Shown: positions 19,999-30,710, counted from the stretch's first letter. The stretch: 50,705 nt of DNA from an uncultured cyanobacterium (GCA_963710605.1 CAVQBA010000003.1:1-50705); one strand, 5' to 3'. Program-made: numbers and translations. The notes: generated by a model not told the origin, from the sequence alone.

Positions 19999-20347
19999 TA
20001 TCGATGTTTATATAATTAATAAAATTAATTTGCATTATGATTGATATTTAATCCCATCTAATAGTCCATCTCTATCTAGTAGGATTGATTGTTTGTTTTG
20101 CTAGTGAAACAAAAAAAATAAGTCCAAAATAACAAGTTAACTTTTTCATTATAATCTAACTGCCTTCATTCTCATTACTTATCAAGAAAACAAAAAAATA
20201 TCTTGCTAAATTTGACAAGTAACGATCGCATTTTGAGAATTATTTAGTTAAGAATAAAAGCGATTGTTAATCTGTTATTGATCTCAAATCAGGGAAAAAC
20301 TATAACTTGAGATCGATAATTTCTCTAAAATACTAAATTCAAAAAGT

Positions 20348-20803
20348 CTAGCTTAATTTTGCTTTAACTAATTCTTGAATTTGTTTACCATCGGCTTTAC
20401 CTTTTAATTCTTTCATGGCTACGCCCATAACTTTACCAAAGTCTTTAGAGTTAGTCGCTCCTACCTTAGCAATCATTTGGTCAATAATGGTTTCTAATTC
20501 TTGGTTTGATATCTGCTTGGGTAGATAAGTTTCAATTACTATTAATTCTGCTTGTTCAATTTCGGCTAAATCTTCTCGTTGTGCTTTAGTGTATTGAGCG
20601 ATCGAATCTTTTCTTTGCTTAGCTTGTTGTACTAATAGCTTAATTTCGTCTTCTGGAGTTAAACCGTCAATTCCTTTTGCTCTTAATTCTACTTCTTTTT
20701 CAATAATTGCTTTTTTGATACTTCTTACTGTCTGTAGGCGTATTTTATCTTTGGCTTTCATCGCTGATTTGATGTCTTCGGCGATTTGCTCTTTTAAAGT
20801 CAT
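20348..20803 (-). CDS. GatB/YqeY domain protein
   Basis: DIKSAMKAKDKIRL, KQRKDSIAQY, YLPKQ, GKVMG, GKADGK. Confidence 0.9.
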   Translation of the reverse strand: MTLKEQIAEDIKSAMKAKDKIRLQTVRSIKKAIIEKEVELRAKGIDGLTPEDEIKLLVQQAKQRKDSIAQYTKAQREDLAEIEQAELIVIETYLPKQISNQELETIIDQMIAKVGATNSKDFGKVMGVAMKELKGKADGKQIQELVKAKLS

Positions 20804-20835
20804 TTTCTTTCTTTAACTCAAGAATTATTTAATTT

Positions 20836-20885
20836 GTGAGGACGTGACCTCTGAATTCAATTCAGTGGCTTGTACCGTCCGTCAA
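20836..20885 (-). mobile_element. Candidate minimal IS200/IS605-derived element (PATE-like)
   Basis: Minus strand reads TTGAC + GGACGGTACAAG + hairpin CCACTGAATTGAATTCAGAGG + ...TCAC. Confidence 0.4.
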
Positions 20886-20944
20886 GGTACGTTACGATTG
20901 CCCCGGATAAGGAGCTTTATTGATAATAACTAAGGTAACAATAT

Positions 20945-22060
20945 TTAGAGATATTTGTCAATCACATGAGACATTTTTTTATTAAAAACATTTTTACTTA
21001 TATACTCGTTAACACCGTACATTTTAGAAATTAAATTATCTTTAAATGCGTATTTATCTACAACTATAATAATTGGCAAATCAGATGAACTAGTATTATT
21101 TCTGATAATTTTACATAGATTATAAGTATTATCATTATTCGTAACTTGAGACTCAATAATAATAGCTTTAATCGGTAAATTTAAAATATAAGTAAAAAAA
21201 TCAGTTAAGTTACTAGCAATCAAAAACTTATAGTTATAACCTAAATTATCAGTTTTCAACGTCCATTGATTAATGACACTAAAACACAAAATTTGAGCTG
21301 AAATAGGTAAAGAAAAACCTAGCGATGGTTGAGATATTAAAGAAGAGCTTTTCATTTTAACTCTTCCTTGTTTAACATAAGGATAAAGTATTTTACTTAT
21401 CTCTACTATATTTATCTTTAAAGAACGAGATAGTTGAATTAAACTAGTTTTATTATCTATTTTTCGCCATAAATTTTGGTTATTTTGAAGCGATAAAAAA
21501 TATTCTTTTTGCGAATCATCAATAATTACTTTTTGTTCTACATTTTGGATATAAGGAAATAGTTTGTGCCATTCGATATTATTTTTAATGATTTTAGGTA
21601 AAATATTTTCCGGTGAAAAACTAATTATTAATGGTTGTAAATTAAATGTATTTTGCCAAGTAAAATAACCTGTTTTTAAATTGATTATTTTAAAAATAAT
21701 TTCTTCTATAATTAGATAACAAATATCTTTTTGCTCTAATATTGAAATTAGTTGCTTTTTACCTAATAATAAAATTACTTCGTATTCGGTAATACTAATC
21801 GATTGATTTAAACTTCGTTGTAGATGTTGAAATTTATTTCTTAAATTGAAGGAATCCAAATATTCTTTTATTCTGTCAAAATCAAAAGAGTGTTTATCTC
21901 CTGCAAACACTATATTCCCTTTAACAAAGAAAACAAAAAAAATATCTTTTTCTCCAGTTAGAGATTGCTCGTGTTCAATAAAAAAAACACCTGATTTTTG
22001 TTGTTGACTAAAGAAAATTAATAAAGAATTAATATCTATTTCTTCTAAACTACCTTGCAT
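20945..22060 (-). CDS. PatA-type regulator (PATAN/DUF4388 plus degenerate receiver domain)
   Basis: MQGSLEEIDINSLL N-terminus; C-terminal YNLCKIIR...LPIIIV...KMYGVNEYISK. Confidence 0.75.
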   Translation of the reverse strand: MQGSLEEIDINSLLIFFSQQQKSGVFFIEHEQSLTGEKDIFFVFFVKGNIVFAGDKHSFDFDRIKEYLDSFNLRNKFQHLQRSLNQSISITEYEVILLLGKKQLISILEQKDICYLIIEEIIFKIINLKTGYFTWQNTFNLQPLIISFSPENILPKIIKNNIEWHKLFPYIQNVEQKVIIDDSQKEYFLSLQNNQNLWRKIDNKTSLIQLSRSLKINIVEISKILYPYVKQGRVKMKSSSLISQPSLGFSLPISAQILCFSVINQWTLKTDNLGYNYKFLIASNLTDFFTYILNLPIKAIIIESQVTNNDNTYNLCKIIRNNTSSSDLPIIIVVDKYAFKDNLISKMYGVNEYISKNVFNKKMSHVIDKYL

Positions 22061-22210
22061 AAAATATTTTAAACAATATATTTTTTTTATTGTATAGTAT
22101 TACTTCTAGTTATAAAAAATATTTAAACTAACCACTACCTAATAATAAATAAGTGATTATTAATAGTTATTAACTAATAATTTTTACTAACTATAATTTT
22201 TTATTATTAA

Positions 22211-22489
22211 TTAATCGTTTAACTCAGTCTGAGAATTTTTTGATTCTATTTGTTCGATCGAAATAAAATATTCATTAGGTAAAAGAATCGGACGATCAGT
22301 AAATAACAATTGACCTTTATGTGTGTTTTTATCGATCGCAACACCAACCGGAGTTTTTTTGATTTTGACATGAAAATGACGATAGTTATTATATATTTCT
22401 CGTGCCGATTTGACCAAACTAGGATCTAACAAATCTTTTGTGCGTTTATCTACAAAGGATTCATCTCCATTTTGAGATTGTGAATTCAT
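22211..22489 (-). CDS. Conserved cyanobacterial hypothetical protein
   Basis: DPSLVKSAREIY...PVGVAID...GQLLF..PILLPNE resembles a small cyanobacterial family. Confidence 0.7.
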   Translation of the reverse strand: MNSQSQNGDESFVDKRTKDLLDPSLVKSAREIYNNYRHFHVKIKKTPVGVAIDKNTHKGQLLFTDRPILLPNEYFISIEQIESKNSQTELND

Positions 22490-23164
22490 TATTTTTTCAT
22501 CAAAGATGGTTAGTTTATTTTAATTAATTAACTACTATATATGATATGTATCATTTTAGGTCAATATTCAAACATTAACGTGTCTTTTCTCTATAAATTT
22601 TTTTTAAGACATTTATTATCTGTATGAATTCTCAGTCTGAACTAGCTCGCAAAAATATTGAGAACAATAAGAATTATATAATATATTTTGATTAGTAGAG
22701 ATAATAATCTTTGTTCAATTTATTCATTATTAAAAAAGCAAATGAAGACTTTTCCTGATTAGATATAAACACTGATAATATAATTCATTATCTAAAATAA
22801 CCATCAAAAAAATAAATATAATTAGTTATTGTGGTATATAAGTATTATTTTAATCTTTAAAAAAAATAATCACTAAAATTATTGACTAAAAATACTATTT
22901 AAGATCAAACAAAAAAGAAAAGCTAATTGAAAATAAAAGATTAAGTAAGAAAAATACTTCGCAGTTGAACCAATATTAATCAATTTTTCATCTAGACAAT
23001 TAGGCTCACTAATTCACAAAATAAAAGAATTTTTACGGTTTTTAATTTGATATTTTGGTTGAGATTTGATTTGATGAAAGATCGATATTGAGGATAAATT
23101 ATCTTCAGTAAGTAATCAAAATTTACAGGTAGAGGTAAACTTTGATTCAATTTAATTGTCTAGA

Positions 23165-24249
23165 TTAACTCTCTAATACTTGGAGTAAAGTATCGCCCAT
23201 TTGCTTACAGCCAACTAACTGACAACCTTCAGACATAATATCTCCTGTACGATAACCCATATCTAACACTTTCATCACAGCTTGTTCTATTTTAGTCGCC
23301 GCTGTTGGTTGATTTAAACCATAACGAAGCATCATCGCCGCACTTAATACTTGAGCTAAAGGATTGGCTTTGTCTTGCCCCGCAATGTCAGGTGCTGAGC
23401 CGTGTACAGGCTCAAATAAACCTAAACCTGAAGCACCTAAACTCGCTGAGGGTAACATCCCGATACTTCCTGTCAACATAGCCGCCGCATCCGAGAGTAT
23501 ATCACCAAATAAGTTACCTGTAACGATCGTATCAAATTGTTTGGGGTTACGGACTAATTGCATAGCCGCATTATCAACATAAAGATGAGAAAGTTCAACA
23601 TCAGGATAATCACTAGAAATTTCGACTACTCTATCTCGCCATAATTGAGACACATCTAAGACATTGGCTTTATCTACCGAGCAAAGTCGGCTTTGACGTT
23701 TTTGAGCTATTTCAAAAGCTACCTTGGCAATACGATCGATTTCTGACTCGTTATATACCATGGTATTTAAACCACGTTTTTCCCCTGTTTCGCTTTCAAA
23801 AACGCCTTTTGGTTTACCGAAATAAATCCCGCCTGTTAATTCTCTTACTACCATAATATCCACACCTTCAACTACTTCTTTTTTGAGGCTAGAAGCATCT
23901 ATTAGTTGAGGTAAAATCGTTGCGGGGCGAAGGTTAGCAAATAAGCCTAAAGCCTCACGAATTCCTAGTAAGCCTGTTTCTGGACGTTTTTCTCTCGGTA
24001 AATTGTCCCATTTATAACCCCCTATCGCCGCTAGAAGTACGGCATCGCTTTTTTGACAAGAGTCGATCGTTTCTTGAGGTAAGGGATTATCCGTCGCATC
24101 AATTGCCGCCCCACCGATTAACGCTTTTTGAAAATCGAATTCTAAATCGCATTGTTTGGCGATAACGTTCAAAACTTGGACTGTAACGTCCATAATTTCA
24201 TGCCAATACCGTCACCTGATAAAAGAGTAAGAGAATATTTTTTAGTCAT
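23165..24249 (-). CDS. leuB: 3-isopropylmalate dehydrogenase, apparent 1-nt frameshift near 24201
   Basis: [44 protein letters not shown]. The missing N-terminus [16 protein letters not shown] lies in another frame from ATG 24249. Confidence 0.95.
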
Positions 24250-24363
24250 TCTTGATATGCAATGATTATAAGACTTTGACTTATTTGTCCACTAAGAGAT
24301 TGTACCTATTTGCTGGTCGATTGTCAATATTCTAATTTTGAGTTGGGGGTATTGATGTTCTTA

Positions 24364-24640
24364 TGGAATAAGATAGAGCATCGTCTGTTTTATTTTATTT
24401 TACAGAATGAGTGAAGAAAACCGTTAATTAATAGAGTGACAGTGGTGAGTTTGATCGGTAAGACAAAAATAAACAAAGGACCAGAAATAAAAGCCAAACT
24501 CGATAAAAGCAGATATCTAGCAAGTATAAAAGTCTTATCAGAAGAGATGAAACAAATCAACTTACACAAAGATATTTTTCGTAGCGAATGGAACTATGGT
24601 ATTAAAGTTGATTAAAATATTATTTATTCTGGAATCCTTA
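24364..24640 (+). mobile_element. ISAzo13-family transposase relic (C-terminus) with probable right end
   Basis: Manual translation WNKIEHRLFYFILQNE*RKPLINRVTVVSLIGKT...KAKLDKSRYLASIKV...EWNYGIK matches the ISAzo13 C-terminal pattern; followed by TTATTTATTCTGGAATCCTTA. Confidence 0.8.
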
Positions 24641-24909
24641 ATTTAAACTACAGTTATCATGGGAGTGCCGTATAATCTTAAGTTAGTTGATAATAGATAG
24701 CACAATTAGCATTTTTCAACGACGGATAAGTAGTTTTAAGGCTGTTTCGATGCGGCAGGTTGGGAACCAGATCGACTCTTTGTTAATCGTTACGTCGAGC
24801 CGTCTAGTATCAAATCTCACTCGATCGAACAATGCATACAAATGCTTTGACTCATTGAATAATAAAAATAGGCTCGAAGAATAATATTGAGAATAGCGGA
24901 CTATATATA

Positions 24910-25860
24910 ATGGTAAGTCAAAAGAAACCCTGTGTCCCACAAGCACCCGAACCGCAAGTAAATCCTCTATACTCGTCGCGAGGTGCAAAGCTTGCAACGA
25001 GAGTCTGGAGAAACAACACCAAAGGCGAAAGCCAACGTGCCGTTTGCCTTATTGTTCCAGGTGGAGGCTGGCATTCTGGCTACTTCGAGCAACTCGCTTT
25101 GTTTTTAAACCAAAAAGGTTTTTCCTGCTCAAGTTACGATCCAGTCTGTATGGGATACTCCGAGGCTGAACCTGGTACTCCTAAAGGGTGTATACACATC
25201 GAGAAGTTTGACGACTTAGTAGAAGATGTTTTTACTGCCGTAGTCTGGACTAAAAAACAGCTCCAATGCTCGGCAGACGTGCCAATCTTCCTTATCGGCG
25301 AATCGTTCGGTGGACTTCAAGTTCTAGCCGCTGGACTCGCAGAAGATATGATAAAAGCGAATGGAATTAACTTGGCAGGAGTTATTACGATGGGTGCCGC
25401 ACTCGAAATTAATCCGGTCATGTTACCTCCCAAACTAGTCATCAAAGTCTTAGCTTTTTTGTCCAGCTACTTTCCCAAACTGAAGATGCCAGCTACCGAC
25501 TTTTCAGCCACCTTTGACGAAGCATTCGGAAACAAGGAGTGGGCTAAGGTTGCCCGTCTCGACCCAGGTGTTCAAATTTCTCCTCGCCCTACAATGGCTG
25601 CAGCTATTGCTACCGTGACAACTGGAGAGAAGATTGCGAGAAGTGCTAGAGATTTTAGAGTACCGCTACTGGCGATTCATGCCATCAAAGACTGCCGAAC
25701 AGTCTGTGAAGCAATGCAAAAGTTTATCGCTCGATTGGGTCCTCTAACCGAAGGGTTTTGGATTGAAGATACTACAGGTCATCAACTGTTACAGGATCGA
25801 GAGGAGGTCACTAGTCGCGTGATGGAAAAAATAGCTAGTTGGTTGCTCGAGAAGACGTGA
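24910..25860 (+). CDS. Alpha/beta hydrolase (monoacylglycerol lipase/lysophospholipase-like)
   Basis: Nucleophile elbow GESFGG, PLLAIHA..D, GHQLL; GC content clearly above the flanks. Confidence 0.82.
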   Translation: MVSQKKPCVPQAPEPQVNPLYSSRGAKLATRVWRNNTKGESQRAVCLIVPGGGWHSGYFEQLALFLNQKGFSCSSYDPVCMGYSEAEPGTPKGCIHIEKFDDLVEDVFTAVVWTKKQLQCSADVPIFLIGESFGGLQVLAAGLAEDMIKANGINLAGVITMGAALEINPVMLPPKLVIKVLAFLSSYFPKLKMPATDFSATFDEAFGNKEWAKVARLDPGVQISPRPTMAAAIATVTTGEKIARSARDFRVPLLAIHAIKDCRTVCEAMQKFIARLGPLTEGFWIEDTTGHQLLQDREEVTSRVMEKIASWLLEKT

Positions 25861-25980
25861 GCTACGTATTCGCTGGCGTACTTTTTGTCCACAACCTCGG
25901 TCATTCAAGGTTAGTAAAAATTGTTGAATTTATTAGACTAAATGTTATTTCTGAGTATTGATAATTTATTATAAGACAAC

Positions 25981-26559
25981 TTACTCATAATAAGAAAACA
26001 CAGCTAGTGTACCTTTGTCTATTTCTACCACTTCTAGACCTTTACTGTGAACTTTACAATTACGCATTTTTTCAATTTTAGTTTGATTTTCGGTTTGATT
26101 TTCAGTCTTGAAAAAAAGTCTTCTTACACTACTTATTAAATGGTCAATTATACTTTTGTTATCTTTTTTTACTTCACTATCTGATTTTAAACCCATACCT
26201 ATTTCACCGATCGAAATTTCCTTTTTTTGAGAATGAGCATCTTTAATTAAGGATATTGCTAGATTATAAGTTTCAAGATGAAACCTACGTCGTGAGTAAT
26301 CATTTGTAGAAACATATTTTGCATAAATAGTAACTTCTGGACATTCATAGGGAAAAACTTCATTATATTCAGATAAACCTATAGGGATAACTGTAATTTG
26401 ATGATAGTTAGTACCAATTGTAGTAATATCATTGACTTTAAATTGCCAATGAGTACCACCTGAATAAGCTACAGGTACATTAGATAATAAAGAAACTAGA
26501 CTTATCAGGATAATTTTCAAATTTTTCAGATTATGATGAGGAGAAATAAAAGTAAACAT
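25981..26559 (-). CDS. Hypothetical exported protein
   Basis: Signal-peptide-like KIILISLVSLLSNVPVAYS and two Cys; no known family. Confidence 0.65.
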   Translation of the reverse strand: MFTFISPHHNLKNLKIILISLVSLLSNVPVAYSGGTHWQFKVNDITTIGTNYHQITVIPIGLSEYNEVFPYECPEVTIYAKYVSTNDYSRRRFHLETYNLAISLIKDAHSQKKEISIGEIGMGLKSDSEVKKDNKSIIDHLISSVRRLFFKTENQTENQTKIEKMRNCKVHSKGLEVVEIDKGTLAVFSYYE

Positions 26560-26607
26560 AAATTCAATTTAGACTTTTTTCTTAGGTTTATGTCGATCGT
26601 ATAATAA

Positions 26608-28662
26608 TTAATTAGTTGAAACAGTAGGAATAACGCACAACAAAGGCAACAATTTTCCTGTTTGCTCACTACCATTGGTAGTTAAATTGCTGTGACAAAG
26701 AAATACTTTTTCATTTACTCTCGACAATAAGTCATAGACGATTCGAGGTAGTAACTGATTATCTAATTCTGTTTGCTTTTCAACGATAGATGTATTGGTT
26801 TCCCATTCTTGTAAAAATAATTCTGAAGCGAATAGATGACTGCTTTGACTCCAAAAATTTGAACCAACATCTAACCAAAAGTGCCAACGATGTTGTAAAT
26901 GGTTAGTACGGTATTGATAAATATTAGCGATTGTCACCTGATTAGACTCAGGTATAATTGTTAAATTATTTTCAGTGGTATTGTCCGAAGCAAAAAGACG
27001 ATCGACTACTGGCAAAGGATTTGCTGTAATCGTGCCTTTAATCAATAAATTAATTAACTGAGTTAGTATATCTTGGATATTATGATTACCTAATTTTTGT
27101 TGAACTTGCCAAAAATGAGCTACTGTTTCAGTAAACCCTCTTAGATGAGAAATTTGGGTATGATTTAATAAACTACGATTGCCAAAAAAAGAAGCTATAA
27201 TTTCATCTACTACTACCAAAAAACTTTTTTTCTCGGTTTGAATAGCTGTTTTTTGAGTAATAATCCAATCTCTAATTTGGTTATAGGCTTCTAAACTTGG
27301 TACATTTAAACGATCCCAACGAGAAAATTTTTCGACTTCTGACAACATCGGCGATTTCAAATCAGGATAATAACAATAATCAACTAGTAATCCTGCCCTA
27401 ACTAAATCAATTTTGTGAGCGGACAAAATCACCAACATTTGTACCACCATATCAAGGGCGATTAATCTACCTAAGTCTGAATAGAGAAAACATAATAACG
27501 TTAAGATACTTCTGACTAAAGGTGAACTAATTAAAGGTCGTTGTTCATGAACAAATTTACTTTTAATGTTATAACTATCTAAACTAGAGCTAAGACTATA
27601 TCTAGCTACTTCATCTAAACCTGCGGCAATAATTGCTATTTCATTGGCTTTTATCTTTCCAGAAGCGATTGATTGAGCGATAAAATCGATGGTAGTTGTC
27701 AATAAATCTCCTCTGGAATTAGTTTGAATTGAAGCCAAATCATCAAACTTATTACTCTTAAAATTGTTATATTTAATAAGATTAATTATCGGTTGATAAC
27801 TGGTATTTACTAAACTTTTGACGGGTAATTTAGTTAAATTTTCGTAACGACAAATACTTTTTATTTTTGTTTGCCAATAATCAGGGTCAGCATTAAAACC
27901 TAATCTAACTTTACCTTGAGGATTGTAAGTAAATACTGCTATCTTATCATTGGTTAAAAATACTTGAGCTAGATTGACCATGACAGCGGGAAAATTATCA
28001 ACATCATCCGCAAAAATACCTGTATAGTTTTTGCCTAAATAAGATTGATACTCGATCGAAGTTAATAAGTAACGCCAATAAAGTTCATAGATTAAACCAT
28101 AACTTAATAAGCCTTTATCTAAGCACCATTCACGCCATTTAACTATTAATTGAGCGATCGTCTGTGCTACTGTTGCATCACTAATTATTTGACTTGAATA
28201 CAAACGCTGAGTAATCTCTTCTAAACGAATTGTACCCGTACCAGCTAATTGAATAAAATCGAGAATGCGTCGAACACAATTATATTCACCACCAAAAATA
28301 GTTAGTAATTCTGGAGTTAAATCATCATGCCACAATTGAGTTGCTAATTCTTGTTCTGTTTCTGATAATAACCTAATCGGTAAAGTAAATTTAATTTGTA
28401 ATTTTTGACAAATCAAGGGGTAAAAAAGGAAGACATCCTCAATCATCAAACCCGCTGGAGTTCTAATTTTTTGTTGATAACTATTGACATTTTTAGCTAA
28501 CAAAACATTAGCAAATATTTTTTTGGTTGCTTGATTAAAACACAAAATTAAAGGTTTTTGCGGAAATGGCGTTTTTTCAATTATTTCATTGGTAATTTCG
28601 GCTAAACGATTCGTTTTACCACTACAACTATTACCTTCTATCCAAAGATGTTGAAATTTCAT
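26608..28662 (-). CDS. Conserved cyanobacterial P-loop protein, UvrD/AddB-like (probably degenerate)
   Basis: Walker A-like GNSCSGKT, Walker B-like IFADDVD, IAIIAAGLD, HFWLDVGS. Confidence 0.6.
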   Translation of the reverse strand: MKFQHLWIEGNSCSGKTNRLAEITNEIIEKTPFPQKPLILCFNQATKKIFANVLLAKNVNSYQQKIRTPAGLMIEDVFLFYPLICQKLQIKFTLPIRLLSETEQELATQLWHDDLTPELLTIFGGEYNCVRRILDFIQLAGTGTIRLEEITQRLYSSQIISDATVAQTIAQLIVKWREWCLDKGLLSYGLIYELYWRYLLTSIEYQSYLGKNYTGIFADDVDNFPAVMVNLAQVFLTNDKIAVFTYNPQGKVRLGFNADPDYWQTKIKSICRYENLTKLPVKSLVNTSYQPIINLIKYNNFKSNKFDDLASIQTNSRGDLLTTTIDFIAQSIASGKIKANEIAIIAAGLDEVARYSLSSSLDSYNIKSKFVHEQRPLISSPLVRSILTLLCFLYSDLGRLIALDMVVQMLVILSAHKIDLVRAGLLVDYCYYPDLKSPMLSEVEKFSRWDRLNVPSLEAYNQIRDWIITQKTAIQTEKKSFLVVVDEIIASFFGNRSLLNHTQISHLRGFTETVAHFWQVQQKLGNHNIQDILTQLINLLIKGTITANPLPVVDRLFASDNTTENNLTIIPESNQVTIANIYQYRTNHLQHRWHFWLDVGSNFWSQSSHLFASELFLQEWETNTSIVEKQTELDNQLLPRIVYDLLSRVNEKVFLCHSNLTTNGSEQTGKLLPLLCVIPTVSTN

Positions 28663-28698
28663 GTTTTATTTACCAAACTACAAGTACAATATTACTAT

Positions 28699-28772
28699 AA
28701 TAGTAAATAGTGAATAGTGAATAGTGAATAGTGAATAGTGAATAGATTAGCAGTTACTCATTACTCATTACT
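28699..28772. repeat. STRR-type heptamer repeats (AATAGTG; TTACTCA)
   Basis: Tandem 7-mers. Confidence 0.8.
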
Positions 28773-28788
28773 TTCATCCCCCTAATCC

Positions 28789-30168
28789 CTAACTTTTAAC
28801 GTCAACTTTTAAGATATAAGTCATGATACCTGCAAGGATACAGCAAACGGCTAAACCAAATAACAATATCGGTAAACCAAATTGTGCTTGTAAAATTGGT
28901 AAGAGAAAAACACCAACAACCGCCCCCGCTTTAGCAATTCCTGCGGATAACCCTGCACCACTTGCCCTTATTGCGGGGGGAAATACTTCTCCTGAGAGTA
29001 AGAAAGTTGTCGCATTTGGTCCCGCATTCATTGATAAATTAAAAAGGAAAAAACCGATAAAAATCAATAATAAACTTTGAGTACCCGTAATATTATTACC
29101 CGATATAGCTAATAATGATAAACCGATCGACATCCCCACAAAACCTGTTATTTGTAATGTATATCTACCAATTTTATCTACTAATAAAATAGCGATAATA
29201 AAACCAAGAATTAAAAATAAATCTACGATCGCACTTCCTTGAGCAGAATGTATTTGACGCAAGATAAAATCATCCTGATTTTGAAAAGCTAAAGTTGCGA
29301 TAATTGTCGGGGTAAAAATACCAATTCCATAAGTAGCAATATCTTGTAAAAACCAAGGGATAGAAGCAAGCATTGTATTTTTTAGATATAACGGAGAAAA
29401 TAAAGCTGAATAATTAAGCTCGTTTTGAGGTGGTTGAGGGTCAGTTTCAGCGGTAACTATTATCTCATCTTCAAGTAATTCTCTAGCCGCTAATTGTGCT
29501 TCTTCATACTCTCCACGACCAATATAATAAAGCGGACTTTCTAACAAAAATTGTAACCTAAAAAAGCCAATTACCAAAGCAAATAATAAACCGACTGCTA
29601 ACATTAATCGCCAACTATAACGAATGAGAAACAAGCTTGATTCAGGTTGAAAATATTGACAACCAAAAATGATGATAATTCCTGTGATAGCACCGAGTAA
29701 AGCACCGACAGCTTGAAATGTAAATGCACCTATCACCATCTTCCCTCGTAACCGAGAAGGCACATTTTCGGTGATATAAGACACCGTAATCGGGTAATCT
29801 GCACCAATGGCGACACCAACTAAAAAACGGAAAAAGATCAAAGAAAACCCATTCCAAGCTAAGGCTGTACCTGCACTAGCAACAATAAAGATTAAAACAT
29901 CAATTAAAAGCATCTTTTGCCGACCAATTTTATCGGTAATTGGTCCTAAAGTAAGTGAACCAATCAACGAACCTGCGATCGCCGCTACAGCAGTTGCACC
30001 TATTTGAGCGGTAGATAAATTAAAGTCTTTTTCTAAAAATGGTAAAGCAATTCCAATAATAAAAAAATCAAATCCATCAAGGGCAATTAATCCTGCTGAC
30101 AAAATCCATAATAACCACATCGATCGAGTTAATTTAGACTTATCTAAAACTGATTGAAAATTACTCAT
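28789..30168 (-). CDS. MFS transporter (sugar/phosphate porter-like)
   Basis: LDGFD, motif A GPITDKIGRQ, RFLVGVAIGADYP, DKIGR, GPNATTF..EVFP..R; about 12 hydrophobic segments. Confidence 0.9.
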   Translation of the reverse strand: MSNFQSVLDKSKLTRSMWLLWILSAGLIALDGFDFFIIGIALPFLEKDFNLSTAQIGATAVAAIAGSLIGSLTLGPITDKIGRQKMLLIDVLIFIVASAGTALAWNGFSLIFFRFLVGVAIGADYPITVSYITENVPSRLRGKMVIGAFTFQAVGALLGAITGIIIIFGCQYFQPESSLFLIRYSWRLMLAVGLLFALVIGFFRLQFLLESPLYYIGRGEYEEAQLAARELLEDEIIVTAETDPQPPQNELNYSALFSPLYLKNTMLASIPWFLQDIATYGIGIFTPTIIATLAFQNQDDFILRQIHSAQGSAIVDLFLILGFIIAILLVDKIGRYTLQITGFVGMSIGLSLLAISGNNITGTQSLLLIFIGFFLFNLSMNAGPNATTFLLSGEVFPPAIRASGAGLSAGIAKAGAVVGVFLLPILQAQFGLPILLFGLAVCCILAGIMTYILKVDVKS

Positions 30169-30710
30169 CTATTTAATTAAATTATTTTCTTGATCGTATT
30201 CAATATTTTGTCTTTTCTTATTTTACTCAGCTAACCCAAACAAGCGTATAAATTCTTGTAATAGCTGTTTATGATATAGCTCTACTTTTTTTTAGTCAAC
30301 TTAGTTTTCTTTCTTATCGCTAATTTTTGATTATCGTAGCAAAAGCTAGATAAATTTAGTAACTGTTTAAAAACGATCGTCTAACTAAGTATTCAAACTT
30401 AATCTAATTTTAGAAATAATTAAGATTAGTCACTTTTAAATAAATAAATTAAAGTTTTTTCGGAAATTAATAACAAACTACCTTTTTTCACCGCTAAAAA
30501 AACTTAGCAAAAACTTAAAAAAACCTAGTCTAAAACAGCTAAAATATGCTAGAATAAAGAAGCTGAAAATGAATCTTAAAGGCTTAATTGTTAAGAGTTA
30601 TAAAAATATAACTATCCGATAAGAATCGTGAAAATGAAAATCAAGAAAATTACAACCAAACTCTTGAGAAATCATTATCAATTATTAGTTATTAATTATC
30701 AATTATCAAT

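Noticed and set aside
22474-22638. Inverted near-copy of the start of the 92-aa gene (ATGAATTCTCAGTCT at 22624)
   Set aside because: A 13/15 match in very AT-rich DNA is compatible with chance.
24687-24997. Overlapping 65-aa and 93-aa ORFs upstream of the hydrolase
   Set aside because: They overlap each other, lack an RBS or motif, and are explained by the locally higher GC content.
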